Assembly: GCA_963789265.1 (NCBI GenBank)
Contig: CAWBKB010000001.1
Span: 832,001 to 896,000 of the forward strand
Length of the DNA: 64,000 nt
Reading direction: 5' to 3'
From: an uncultured delta proteobacterium
GTDB lineage: Bacteria > Desulfobacterota > Desulfomonilia > Desulfomonilales > Desulfomonilaceae
How positions within the stretch are numbered: the stretch's first letter is position 1; the number at the start of each line of letters is the position of its first letter. A program made the translations under genes and the position numbers. The notes under the pieces are model-generated. The model saw only the letters and a list, made by a program, of their open reading frames with translations, was not told the DNA's origin and made no database searches. Shown one piece after another: positions 1 through 9,356 of this stretch.

Positions 1-2
1 GA

Positions 3-200
3 CTTAGGCCCTCCCCACAAGAAGTCCAGGTCATTCGACGAAACCTGAATCAGTTGAATGAAAAATATAAGGAACGCTACGCTCCCAATGATGAGGACAC
101 TACGGCACTCATCCCATGGTTTCTGATTCGTCAAGAAGATGAATCTCAGGGAAACCAGCCTTGCGCGAGTAGCGGACCTTGTCCGGAGAGCTGTCCTTGA
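3..200 (+). CDS. Open frame entering from the window edge; probably the upstream part of the Ser/Thr kinase gene, separated by a +1 frameshift near 125-135
   Basis: Frame 3 is open from base 3 to TGA at 200 (LRPSPQEVQVIRRNL...LIPWFLI). Dropping one base near 128-130 joins it to VKKMNLRETS of the kinase frame. ATG 139 has no clear RBS. Confidence 0.45.
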   Translation, partial: LRPSPQEVQVIRRNLNQLNEKYKERYAPNDEDTTALIPWFLIRQEDESQGNQPCASSGPCPESCP

Positions 201-1833
201 GCTTCATCACCTTATGATCGAATACGAGCCGGCACGATCATTCTATCTGTTTACCAGAAATTCCAGAAAAGAGATGGAAGAAGATCTCGCGGATCTGGCA
301 TGGTTTCTGTTCCGCTGCGGCTACGAGGTGAGTCGGATTGCCTCCGGATATTACAAGGGCCTTCTTTCTGAATTCTTGAATGAAAAGTTGCTGGACTTCT
401 TGATTGAGACCAATCAAGATCTTGATACCCTTCAGGGGCTTTCGAACCATCTCTTCGCTCTGTGCCTCCTTGACTTCCCAAGTTTTTTTGAGATTCCGGC
501 CGATTATATAGACTTCGATGATTCGCGCGAGCTTTCCCGCCAAATAAAATTTATGAAAAGCAAGAATAGGCGGGGCACGAATCTTCTTAAGAAAATGTTG
601 ACACTTGAGAGGTTGTACGGAGGCAGGCCGCATGGCCGGTTAGCTTGGAATTTCCTCTTGTCCAGGTACTATACCGCGTTCGGAGATTATCACGGAGAGC
701 ATCGCCATAGAGACCCGCGGAGCTTGCTCGCAATCCAAGTGTACAAACCGGTGCTTGATCGATCCGCTATGGACAAGCGGGCCGAGGCGGATCTCAAGGA
801 GAGCGGTCGCTACTTTAGCTCAAAGACCAGAGAAGAGATGGCGGGACTGCTCAAGCTGGTGATGGATTCCCTGGAGAACCCCGGCAAAGTCAAGGGTGAA
901 AAGGTCAAGGTCCTGGGGGACATCTCCTCAGGCGCTATGGGCAAGGTCAGCATAGGAATTTTTCGCAATCAGATTGTTGCGCTAAAAAAAGTGAAGGCTC
1001 ACATTTCGCCGTCTCTCGGCAATCCGGTGACGCTCCTGGCCTATGAAGCGGAACTCCACGCGAGGGTCCAGTCACCGGAACAACACCCGTACATTGTAGA
1101 GTATCACGGCATAGTGGAACAGAATGGCGAAAAGCTGCTAATGAATGGCTACCATCCTAACGATAATCTCACGCAACTCGTTGAAAGAAATTGGCAAGAA
1201 AAATATAAGCCGCCATTCGCCACGGAAAGCAAATTGAATCTGGGGACAATGGAAATCGTAATTAATCAGCTACTGGAGTGTTTGAGAGTGTTTCGGGCAA
1301 AAGGCGTGGTCCATAGGGATCTCAAGACCGACAATGTCCTGTATATGGTAGATGAGAACGAAAGAGTCAACTGCATAAAAGTTATTGACTTTGGCGTGGC
1401 GCTTGCGGTGGGGCAGGGGGCTGTCGCAGACCTTTTTAGAGGGAAGGTTGTAGGCACGTTCTCGTACATGGCCCCGGAACAAGCCAGAGGCAAGAGTGTT
1501 TTCCAGTCGGACTTATATAGCGTAGGGGCCATTTTCACGGTGCTGCTGACAGGCAAGCTGCCTATTGTCTTCCCAAGAACCACGAGTCGCCAGGAACTCA
1601 TCAAGCAAATATTCAGGATAGAACGTGAACCTCGCCCCAAATTGACCGAGCTTAATCCATTATTGAAAAAACATACGAGCCTCGAGCATGTTGCAGCTAC
1701 AGTCGAGAGCATGTTGGACCTGGATCCTCTAAGACGCCCCAATCCGGAAGAAGTCCAGGCGGCATTCGACGGCGTGTTTCAGCACCTGGGAGAGGCAAAG
1801 CATTCGATCAGCATTTATTACCACAAAGTTTAG
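139..1833 (+). CDS. Hanks-type Ser/Thr protein kinase with an unassigned N-terminal region
   Basis: Gly loop SSGAMGKV, VALKK, HRDLKTDN, DFG, GTFSYMAPE, DLYSVG and the subdomain XI Arg (LRRP). Confidence 0.9.
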   Translation: MNLRETSLARVADLVRRAVLELHHLMIEYEPARSFYLFTRNSRKEMEEDLADLAWFLFRCGYEVSRIASGYYKGLLSEFLNEKLLDFLIETNQDLDTLQGLSNHLFALCLLDFPSFFEIPADYIDFDDSRELSRQIKFMKSKNRRGTNLLKKMLTLERLYGGRPHGRLAWNFLLSRYYTAFGDYHGEHRHRDPRSLLAIQVYKPVLDRSAMDKRAEADLKESGRYFSSKTREEMAGLLKLVMDSLENPGKVKGEKVKVLGDISSGAMGKVSIGIFRNQIVALKKVKAHISPSLGNPVTLLAYEAELHARVQSPEQHPYIVEYHGIVEQNGEKLLMNGYHPNDNLTQLVERNWQEKYKPPFATESKLNLGTMEIVINQLLECLRVFRAKGVVHRDLKTDNVLYMVDENERVNCIKVIDFGVALAVGQGAVADLFRGKVVGTFSYMAPEQARGKSVFQSDLYSVGAIFTVLLTGKLPIVFPRTTSRQELIKQIFRIEREPRPKLTELNPLLKKHTSLEHVAATVESMLDLDPLRRPNPEEVQAAFDGVFQHLGEAKHSISIYYHKV

Positions 1834-1874
1834 GGCAGGCTGAGATTGCTCTTGATTCGGTGCATGGGCTCACA

Positions 1875-1965
1875 CCGATTCGCTTTCGAGCAAGTGAATC
1901 GGCTCCGGTAGCGGCGGGTTCCAAACCCGCCTCTACATGTCGTCATGCCCGCGTACGTGGGAATT
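1875..1965. repeat. Composite REP-like palindromic repeat; second copy at about 32969-33063
   Basis: CCGATTCGCTTTC...CGGGTTCCAAACCCGCC(T/A)CTACAT.TCGTCATGCCC.CGTACG.GGG.AT occurs at both sites. Confidence 0.75.
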
Positions 1966-1986
1966 AATCGTAGGGGCAGACCTATG

Positions 1987-2193
1987 GAGACTGTCTCAAA
2001 ATTCCGCACAAGGTTCGAATCGTGCCACGATGGCAGCCCGGCGCTGAAGCACCGGTCTACTTTCTATCGCCCCAATGGGGCTCAAATGCATGCGTCCTGT
2101 AGGGACTGGGGATAGTAGCCCGGTAATTCATTGCCGGGGCAAAAGTCTATCGTGCCACGCATTTTACTCATGCCCTGATTTTGAGACAGTTTG
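1987..2193. mobile_element. 207-bp MITE-like element inserted into a GTAG-type REP
   Basis: Terminal IRs GAGACTGTCTCAAAAT / ATTTTGAGACAGTTTG. TATG is duplicated at 1983-1986 and 2194-2197. Removing the element restores the palindrome GTAGGGGCAGACCTATGTGTCTGCCC. Confidence 0.75.
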
Positions 2194-2262
2194 TATGTGT
2201 CTGCCCTGGGCGGACACGCGGGTCCACACCTACTTGAACTCAAAGCTGAAAAACTCCATCGG

Positions 2263-2588
2263 TCAGTCCCTGCGGTCCGCAATAGTCGGCGTCAACGCAG
2301 GCAAGGACAACCTCCAGTGGATCGCGGCCAACCGGATCAAGAGTGTGACGGCCGCGCCCCCCAACATGGCCCAGCTCTCCGGAACGAGTACCCTCAGCAA
2401 GATCAGGTAAGCCCCACCACCGACAAGACATGCGGTAGCGTATATCTCTTTGCGAAAGAACAATGGTATTTCCGCGGAAAATGCGTCTCGTATGATGCCT
2501 CCTCCCAACCCGGTGATCATTCCCATTATTATGGTAATGAAGGGGCTGGTATTCTTGGCCAAAGCGGTGCTGCACCCCAGGACTGTGA
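2263..2588 (-). pseudogene. TRIC/YadS (UPF0126) membrane protein, 3' part, interrupted by the IS
   Basis: Contains the second UPF0126 repeat (GMITGLGGGIIRD...IPLFFRKEIYATA) and joins the 5' part in frame across the TSD. Confidence 0.9.
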
Positions 2589-4198
2589 GGGTGCCGCTAC
2601 TTTCTGTCAGGAGTTATGCGGCACGCGGTAGTTCTTGATCCCGGATCTCGGGAGAGTTTGTATCTTCGATGCCGTAGAGGCGTCGCCTCTCCGATCTTCG
2701 TCTATAATTCCAAAAGAGATCCCAGTCGTTGTTGATGTGAACGGCCCTCAGGTGGATCATGCTTTCCGCTCCATGGATCGTCCAACTCATCCCCGTGAGT
2801 TCCAATCTGTCGTTGATGAGGTTGCGACATGCTCCTTCAATGACCCCGCTGCCGATGGGATAGCCTTTTGCCAAGCAGATTTCGTACCGCATGTGCTTGC
2901 GGTTTCGTTGGAGATACCCGATGACTTGTTCGATGCAATGTTTCTTGGCGCCGGAGAGTTCCTGCTTGGTTAGCATCTGCTTGAGCCCGCCGATAAGCCT
3001 GCCGGCCCTGCCGCCCAGGAGCATTCTCAATCTCTCCGTCACGAATTCTCTGGCTTGCGGGCTGCCCTCGTCATAAAAGCAAAGAGCGGCTTTCCCCAAG
3101 TGTTCCAGGACGTGAAAGATGTCCAGCACGAAAAAGGCTGCAGGAAAATATGCGCATACCAGTGCCCAGAGAGAACGCTCTCCGTCCAGGATACAGACCA
3201 GCTCGTTACCTTTCGGCAATCGCTGTTCGACAGCCTTCTTCAGGCGGGCCACCGTCTTTTCCGAACCATCGGTGAGGCTGCCCCACGTAAGCTTGTCCTG
3301 GAGTTTGGGCCTGGAATCGAAACTACCCTCGTCCGATACCTCACGGACAATGTCGTCCTCCGTGCGGACGTAACGTGGAGTGACGTAGGTGGAGATCACG
3401 GTTGCCATCTTCTTCTTTCCGGGCTTGTCGGGATCAACGGAGACCCTCTCGGGACCGGCCCCGCCTTCCTGGGGCTTACGAATAACCACCCCCTTCTTGT
3501 CTACGGTAGCGACCGTTACCACAGCATCCGGACAAAGATCCGGCGGGGCCTTCTCTGCGTAGTATCGATCCACCTCGTCGCAGACGTCTCCCACAATGCT
3601 CTCCAGTGAACGAATTGGCATCCTTACGGGAAAGAAGGAACGAAAAATCTCCTCCGCATCCTCGTAGCTCATCGAAACCGCAAGCCGGGAAGAGAACTCC
3701 TGAACCAGGTATGAATAGCCTCTCTCAGGCAAGTTGATCTCTCCATCCAAAGGAAAGACTCCCGGTGAGCCGGTTGCGTGATAGTAGGCTCTCCGGATGG
3801 ATATCGTTCCAAAGATGGACCGATATGCACATCCCCTGTCACGAACATATGGCAATCGATGGCCCTGGGGTTCGATGATCTCCTTGCCGGCATATCCGGT
3901 CCCCTTTTCAGACACAAATTCTTCAAGAGCCGCTTTCCCGACCGCCATCACCATGGGAAGAAGCTGCCTTTCTACTTCCCCGATTTCCATTCCTTGCGCT
4001 GACTCTCGCACAAAGGCGAGAATCTCATTGACCAGCGAGATTATGTTCGGTATTCCTTGTTCCATATCCGGTCCTCCCCAGCGGATACATCGTTCGCCAA
4101 ACGTCATGTACCCCATAAGAGGACCGGAAACCACTCCTTTCTCCGTGCTATCTACTCGTTTTTACTTGAGCCACTCATGACAAGAAATCGCGGCACCC
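2589..4198 (-). mobile_element. ISKra4-family insertion sequence, 1610 bp
   Basis: 26-bp imperfect IRs at 2589-2614 and 4173-4198 (21/26 identical, starting GGGTGCCGC). 9-bp direct repeat GGACTGTGA at 2580-2588 and 4199-4207. Confidence 0.93.
2614..4065 (-). CDS. ISKra4-family DDE transposase
   Basis: Motifs ILDGE, LDIFHVLEHL and YPIGSGVIEGACRNLINDRLELTGMSW. GGAGG precedes ATG 4065; the ORF extends to 4134. Confidence 0.88.
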   Translation of the reverse strand: MEQGIPNIISLVNEILAFVRESAQGMEIGEVERQLLPMVMAVGKAALEEFVSEKGTGYAGKEIIEPQGHRLPYVRDRGCAYRSIFGTISIRRAYYHATGSPGVFPLDGEINLPERGYSYLVQEFSSRLAVSMSYEDAEEIFRSFFPVRMPIRSLESIVGDVCDEVDRYYAEKAPPDLCPDAVVTVATVDKKGVVIRKPQEGGAGPERVSVDPDKPGKKKMATVISTYVTPRYVRTEDDIVREVSDEGSFDSRPKLQDKLTWGSLTDGSEKTVARLKKAVEQRLPKGNELVCILDGERSLWALVCAYFPAAFFVLDIFHVLEHLGKAALCFYDEGSPQAREFVTERLRMLLGGRAGRLIGGLKQMLTKQELSGAKKHCIEQVIGYLQRNRKHMRYEICLAKGYPIGSGVIEGACRNLINDRLELTGMSWTIHGAESMIHLRAVHINNDWDLFWNYRRRSERRRLYGIEDTNSPEIRDQELPRAA

Positions 4199-4520
4199 GG
4201 ACTGTGAACACCGCCAGCCCCACTGCGTCTGCAACATTTAGTATCTTGCCGGGAATTTCTTCGAATTTCGTGACGCGGATATAGATAAACGTGAGGAGGC
4301 CGAAGATTACCGCAATCTCCAGGGCACTGGCATCAGTAACCCAATTGACCGGCCGCACATCGAGACAAAGGTCCCTCAGCGTTCCACCACCTATGCCGGT
4401 CAAAACCGCGGCAACCACGACACCGAATAGATCCATGTTCTTTCGGGCAGCAGCCATAGCCCCGCCAATAGCGAAGACCGCCGTCCCGAACAAGTTCAGG
4501 TAATAGATCACCTGGTCCAC
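4199..4520 (-). pseudogene. TRIC/YadS (UPF0126) membrane protein, 5' part, interrupted by the IS
   Basis: GTAVFAIGGA...MDLFGV...TGIGGGTLRD...DAVGLAVFTV. Start is GTG 4520 or 4511. Confidence 0.9.
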
Positions 4521-4601
4521 CTCCTCGCTACAATACTACGAAGGCGGCAAATGCCTGACTCTGCTTTGGTGTCAGGGAGTATACGGGCCATAATGGGCGG
4601 C

Positions 4602-6581
4602 TCAACCCGTCAGCATGCTTTCCTCAATTTCTTCCAACTTCGTCTGCAACTCCTCCCATCGGCTTTCCAGTTCTTTGATCTCCTTATCCAGGAGAGGAGC
4701 TGCTTCCAGAAGGGGAACAATTGATTCCTTGTTGTCATAAACGGCCGGATCTGCGAGTCGACTTTCTATTTCCTTTTTGCGGGACTCTTTGGCTTCAAGT
4801 TCTCGTTCTATCTTGTGGATCTGGTCTCTGATTGGAGCCTGTCTCTTGAACAGCGCGATCCTGTTCTGGGCTTCCCGCCGTTTGCGCTCCTTGCGGGATT
4901 CCCCTTTGGGAGCCGATTCGACTTCGCTAATAGCGGGCGTCGCATTCAGGGCTGGAACTTCCGGCTCAGCTTGTGACTCGAGTCTCTTTTTGTACTGGTA
5001 ATCCTCATAATTTCCGAGGTAGTACTCAGCGCTCCCCTTCTCGACTTCCAAAATGCCGGTGCAAATCGCATTCATGAGGCGGCGGTCGTGGGTGATGAGC
5101 ACAAGCGTCCCCCCGTAATTTTTCAAGCCTTCCTCGAGGATTTCACAGGAGGGAATGTCCAGGTGATTCGTAGGCTCATCCATTAGCAGCAAGTTAGGCG
5201 GTGACAGAAGTATCTTGGTGAGCGCCAACCTGCTCTTTTCGCCGCCGGAGAGCACTTTGACCTTTTTTTGCACTTCATCCCCGGAGAAGAGGAACACGGC
5301 AAGGAGATTGCGAACCTCCTGTTCCGGGATGCCGGAAGAAGCGCTGGATGTTTCCTCCAACACAGACCTCTCCAAGTTCAGGTTTTCGTACTGGTGCTGC
5401 GCACAATAACCTGGCTTGACCATATACCCGTACTTCACGGTCCCTCCCTCGTAAGGCAACTGCCCGGCAATGATTTTCATCAAAGTGGATTTGCCTGCAC
5501 CATTTGGGCCGACCAGCCCGATGCGATCTCCTCGGTCTACGTTGAGAGAGAATCCGTTGTACACAGTATTTTGGCCGTACCTCTTCACCAAGTCCTTTAT
5601 CTCCAGGACCCGCTTGCCGGAAGAAGGCGGCTGGGGAAAAGTGAACTTGAGGGTTTTTGGCCGTGGAGGGAGTTCGACCTTGTCCATTTTGTCCAGCATC
5701 TTGATTCGGCTTTGAACCCGGCTGGCAGACCGTGCTTTGACCCTGTTCTGGTTGACGAATTTCTGTATGCGTTTGATCTTCTCTTGCTGATTCTTGTATG
5801 AGGCGATCAGGATTTGATCCTGCATCTGCCTTGTCCTTTCGTACGTGTCATAGTTGCCGGAATACAAAGAGACCTTGCCCCGATTCACCTCTGCCAGCTT
5901 GGTCACCAATCGGTTCAAAAAGGCCCGATCGTGCGACGCCAGCACGAGCGCGCCCTTGAAGCCCGCGAGGTATTCTTCGACCCAGAGGAGACTTTCCAGG
6001 TCCAAGTGGTTCGTAGGCTCGTCCAGCAGGAGCACATCAGGTTCCGAAAGAAGAATCTTTGCAAGGGCTACCCGCATGCGCCAGCCGCCTGAAAACTCGC
6101 TCCAGCGGCGTTGCTCATCCCGGGGTTGGAACCCCAGGCCCTGCAGGACCTTTAACGCACGAGCCTCCAACGTATAACCGTCGTAACGCTCGAACTCCAG
6201 TTGGAGACGCCCCTGCTCCTCTATGAGGGATTCCGCGTGAGCGCTGTGTTCGGAAAGGACGGCCATTTCCTTTTGCAGATGGTGAAGGCGTTCGCCCACA
6301 TTTCGCAGATCCTCCGAGATGTTCATGACTTCTTCCAGGATCGGGCCGTCATTTCCCTGTATCAGCTCCTGGTGAAGCACTCCCATCCGGATTCGCTTCT
6401 CGATAGAGACATCCCCATCATCCGGCGTGATAACACCTTCCATCATGCCGAGAATTGTAGATTTGCCTGCGCCGTTGGGGCCGACTATTCCTATGCGGTC
6501 GCCCCTCTGAACGCTTATGTTCACGTCCTGGAACAGAGGTTTGCCATTGAAGAATTTTGAAACGTTATTAAGAAAGATCAA
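4602..6581 (-). CDS. ABC-F family ATPase (Uup/YheS-like) with C-terminal coiled coil
   Basis: Two NBDs (GPNGAGKS, SGG, LLDEPTNHLD twice) and no TM segments. Probable TTG start at 6581 after GGAG. Confidence 0.92.
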   Translation of the reverse strand: MIFLNNVSKFFNGKPLFQDVNISVQRGDRIGIVGPNGAGKSTILGMMEGVITPDDGDVSIEKRIRMGVLHQELIQGNDGPILEEVMNISEDLRNVGERLHHLQKEMAVLSEHSAHAESLIEEQGRLQLEFERYDGYTLEARALKVLQGLGFQPRDEQRRWSEFSGGWRMRVALAKILLSEPDVLLLDEPTNHLDLESLLWVEEYLAGFKGALVLASHDRAFLNRLVTKLAEVNRGKVSLYSGNYDTYERTRQMQDQILIASYKNQQEKIKRIQKFVNQNRVKARSASRVQSRIKMLDKMDKVELPPRPKTLKFTFPQPPSSGKRVLEIKDLVKRYGQNTVYNGFSLNVDRGDRIGLVGPNGAGKSTLMKIIAGQLPYEGGTVKYGYMVKPGYCAQHQYENLNLERSVLEETSSASSGIPEQEVRNLLAVFLFSGDEVQKKVKVLSGGEKSRLALTKILLSPPNLLLMDEPTNHLDIPSCEILEEGLKNYGGTLVLITHDRRLMNAICTGILEVEKGSAEYYLGNYEDYQYKKRLESQAEPEVPALNATPAISEVESAPKGESRKERKRREAQNRIALFKRQAPIRDQIHKIERELEAKESRKKEIESRLADPAVYDNKESIVPLLEAAPLLDKEIKELESRWEELQTKLEEIEESMLTG

Positions 6582-7068
6582 GTCTTTTCTCCGGTGATTA
6601 CAGAATTCGAGGCCAACGCCATTATAGACCCTTAGGGTCTTCTTTCCCAACCGTTCAGACTGCATCCGCCGAGTTTCGCGGACAATACGGTCCAATCATC
6701 TTATTAGAGTTTGACAAGCGACAACACTTGCTCAACAACATAAAAGGATGTGGTGAATCCCCTGGCAGGGGCAACAGCCCCGCGAGGCGCGGGACAAGCT
6801 ATGATATTTTTTTTGGCGCCCATAATCCGGGAATTACCGCATCACGTCCGAAAGTCTTGACCCCGCCGCTCCCACCGTGCTACAAAAAAAAGAATAATTT
6901 CCGACCGGCCTGACTCGGCACTCTACAATCCGAGACCACGTCTCCTTATGAAAGCTCGCAATTCAGTCGACTTGACGCAAAGGACGCTTGCGGTTCTCGA
7001 CGGTGGTAGGGGCCGAGCATCGCATAATGATTACATCAAACCTGACGGATCGGTGAACCGAGGAGACT

Positions 7069-8392
7069 ATGGCAGAGATAAAAGCTTTCAGGGCCGTTCA
7101 TTACAGCGGCGGTTTCTCGCAGGAGCTCGACCGGATAATAACTCCGCCTTACGATGTTATCTCCGCTGAAGAACAGGAAGCGTTTTATCGCTCCCATCCT
7201 CATAACATGATTAGGTTGGTTCTTGGAAAGCAGTATCCGGACGATTCATCTTCGAATAATCGTTACACGAGAGCCGCGACCACGCTGAGTCAATGGCTCC
7301 AAGAAGAGGTCCTGGTTCGGGACGAACGTCCTGCGTTCACTGTTTATCAGATGGAATTCGAACTACCTGACGGGGGCCGAGACTCAATAGACGGCATTGT
7401 TGCATTAGTCAAGGTGGACGATTACGGTAAAGGCAAGGTGCTGCCTCACGAAAAGACATATAAAGGCCCCAAGCAAGACCAACTGAACCTTCTCAAGGCT
7501 TGCAGGGCGAGCTTTACTCCTATCCATGCACTGTTCAGTGACGAACACGATGTGGTGGTCCGGGAGTATGGCCGTTTCATGCAGCGACCGCCGGAACAAG
7601 AAGCCCGTGATGCCAACGGAAGCATTCACCGGACGTGGACCGTCAGTGACGACGAGGCGATCGCTAAGATAAGAGGCGTCCTTCAAGAGGAGAGTCTGTT
7701 CATAGCCGACGGCCATCATAGGTACGAGACGGCTCTGGCCTTCAGGAACGAAGAGCGCGCTTCCCGACCTTCGCAGACCGGAGGTCCGCATGAGTACGTC
7801 ATGATGTTCCTCACATCCATGTCCCATCCGGGCTTGATGATCCTGCCCGCCCACCGCATGGTGAAGGGGCTGGCCGGACTTGACCTCGGGCAAATGCAAA
7901 CAATTCTAGAACCTTACTTTTCGGTGGAAGCGCTGCCTTTTTCGACTGAAAGCCGGGAAGAGGTGTCCAATACGCTTATACAGAGGATTCGCTCGTATTC
8001 GAATGTGGGCGGGAAATTCGGAATGGTGGTTCGGGGGGAAGACTGTTTTCGACTGATTAGACTCAAAGACTTTAAAGCGGTCGATTCTCTTATGGATGTC
8101 GATATTCCATCCACTTTGCCGCGGCCTGGATGTGACCATCCTGCGGGAAATCATACTGGGGCATGCCTTGGGACTGGACAAGGATAATGCCGAAGGGCAC
8201 ATAGAATACACGCCGTTGGTGAGCGTGGCTTTGAGCAGGGTCCTTAAGGGTGAAATTCAGGTTAGCTTTATTCTTAATCCCACGCGGGTAGACCAGATGC
8301 GTGCGGCTGCGGAGTTGGGTCATAAGCTGCCGCAGAAGTCCACGTATTTTTATCCTAAAATTTCTTCCGGTCTCGTGTTGAACGTTTTTTGA
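7069..8392 (+). pseudogene. DUF1015 family protein with a +1 frameshift near 8119
   Basis: PPYDVI, LPHEKT and IADGHHRYET in the first frame; LPQKSTYFYPK.SGLV in the second. Span is 3n+1, with an extra C in TTG-C-CGC-GGC-CTG-GAT. Confidence 0.85.
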
Positions 8393-8451
8393 CGTCTGGG
8401 GCAAGTTGTTTTCGCTGAGTTGAAACTTCAGCGGAACGGAATCTCGGGCTG

Positions 8452-9219
8452 TTGACACTTAATTCTCAAATGAAAGAAGCAGACGATTCCGTCAACGGCC
8501 TGTTCGGAAACAAAGTCCAGGTTATACAGGCGCTAAAGGGTTACCGAGTCTCGGAAGACGCGGTTTTCCTCACTTGGTTTGCGTGCCCCTGTCCGGGCGA
8601 ATTCGTGTTGGACGCGGGGACCGGGTGTGGGGCCATTGCCTTCGGCCTAGCGGTGAGAGAGCCTTCAATCATCGTTGTCGGCCTCGAAATCCAGGACGCG
8701 CCGGCCGCGCGGGCAGCAAAAGGTGTTCGACTCAATCGGCTTTCCGCTAATGTCGGCATTGTTCGCGGTGACTTCCGGGAAGCTGACAACTTTTTCCGCC
8801 CCAACATCTTCGATTTGGTGGTTTGCAATCCTCCCTATCACGAACTGGGCCGCGGACGAATAAGCCGGCATCAAGAAAGAGCTGTATCAAGACATGAGAT
8901 GATGATGCCTCTGGACGATCTCTTCAGAGTGTCCGCCAGGCTACTGAAGGCAAGCGGACGACTCTCCTTGATCTACCCGGCCTCCGGCATCGAACGTATT
9001 CGAAAGTGTGTGAAAACGGCTGGATTTGAGCCCGAGCGTATGCTATGGATTCACGCCCACGAGGGAGTTGAGCCGTCCCTGGTCTGCGTAGAGGCGACGA
9101 AGGATTTGGGCCGTGTGCCTCTGGTGGAATCTTCGTTATTCCTCTATGATGATCGTGGAGAAAGAACACAGGCAGCAAGAGCGATTCTGTCGGGCGAAGA
9201 TCTAAGGCCGCGTACTTGA
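8452..9219 (+). CDS. tRNA1(Val) A37 N6-methyltransferase-like (TrmN6/YfiC family)
   Basis: LDAGTGCG, VCNPPY and SRHE motifs, plus the N-terminal Q...GYR.SEDAVFL. Confidence 0.8.
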   Translation: MTLNSQMKEADDSVNGLFGNKVQVIQALKGYRVSEDAVFLTWFACPCPGEFVLDAGTGCGAIAFGLAVREPSIIVVGLEIQDAPAARAAKGVRLNRLSANVGIVRGDFREADNFFRPNIFDLVVCNPPYHELGRGRISRHQERAVSRHEMMMPLDDLFRVSARLLKASGRLSLIYPASGIERIRKCVKTAGFEPERMLWIHAHEGVEPSLVCVEATKDLGRVPLVESSLFLYDDRGERTQAARAILSGEDLRPRT

Positions 9220-9356
9220 AGTTCCTGCCTTCATCAGGTAGAAATCTTAATAGAGCGCATTGAGATTTGCGCCGAAGATGAGCCTGAAATCGAATAGCTT
9301 ATGAAGAAGACCCATCCATCCTATGAAGTATCGCCGGGCCTCGGGCACCGCGGGAG

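Noticed and set aside
2012..2027. GGTTCGAATC resembling a tRNA T-loop
   Set aside because: No T-stem pairing or cloverleaf; it lies inside the MITE
6974..6982. GACGCAAAG resembling the c-di-GMP-I riboswitch core
   Set aside because: The preceding GGCAAACC/GAAA hairpin and the downstream receptor stem are absent
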